A stretch of DNA of 35,700 nucleotides, taken from the IMG/VR virus record IMGVR_UViG_3300037629_000004, positions 1 through 35,700 of that record, one strand, 5' to 3'. Of this stretch, positions 35,669 through 35,700 are shown piece after piece; the stretch's first letter is position 1; the number at the start of each line of letters is the position of its first letter. A program made the translations under genes and the position numbers. A model generated the notes under the pieces. That model made no database searches. It was not told where the DNA came from and was given only the letters and a program-made list of their open reading frames with translations. Source of the DNA: a virus. Lineage: Duplodnaviria; Caudoviricetes.

Positions 35669-35700
35669 CTGGTTTACTTTTTACCCTTTTTCGGAGTCGT
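35574..35700. repeat. Terminal direct repeat (copy 2)
   Basis: Identical to 1-127. Confidence 0.95.

Larger units (their letters stand above)
1..35700 (-). mobile_element. Complete circular(ly permuted) tailed phage genome, ~35,573 bp, probable Bacteroidota host
   Basis: Terminal 127-bp overlap; full set of terminase, portal, protease, capsid, tail, lysis and replication genes, all on the minus strand; Bacteroidota-type promoters. Confidence 0.93.

Noticed and set aside
35574-35700. 127-bp terminal repeat as a biological direct terminal repeat
   Set aside because: The length equals a standard assembler k-mer and it overlaps a structural gene start; it is best read as circular overlap.
1-35700. 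Stop-codon reassignment
   Set aside because: Core genes are full length in the standard code and TAA, TAG and TGA all end genes; no suppressor tRNA.

Overview
The window is a complete, circularly assembled genome of about 35.57 kb from a tailed (siphovirus-like, HK97-fold) phage; bases 1-127 are identical to 35574-35700. The host is very probably Bacteroidota, based on TTTG-N20-TAnnTTTG promoters, A-rich translation starts and a Q-rule signal peptide. All credible genes are on the minus strand. Modules are: head (TerS, TerL, portal, protease, capsid, fibre/spike-like proteins), a tail module in unusual order with a hidden -1 frameshifted chaperone, lysis (GH108 endolysin), a non-coding control region with a degenerate tRNA-Met-like gene and a structured RNA candidate, early regulators, a Dam-like methylase, recombination genes, and replication (initiator plus DnaB). 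No integrase is recognisable. The most novel signal is regulatory. (i) Two paralogous leader cassettes precede the replication and recombination operons. Each has a promoter, a 37-38 aa leader peptide and a long hairpin whose loop pairs with a 9-nt element just before the leader start codon, with compensatory changes between the copies. (ii) A 17-bp palindrome, TATATCA-N3-TGATATA, occurs seven times, four of them exactly filling a promoter spacer. Two putative virion proteins also carry signal-peptide-like N-termini. All protein assignments come from motif recognition by eye, with no database searches.
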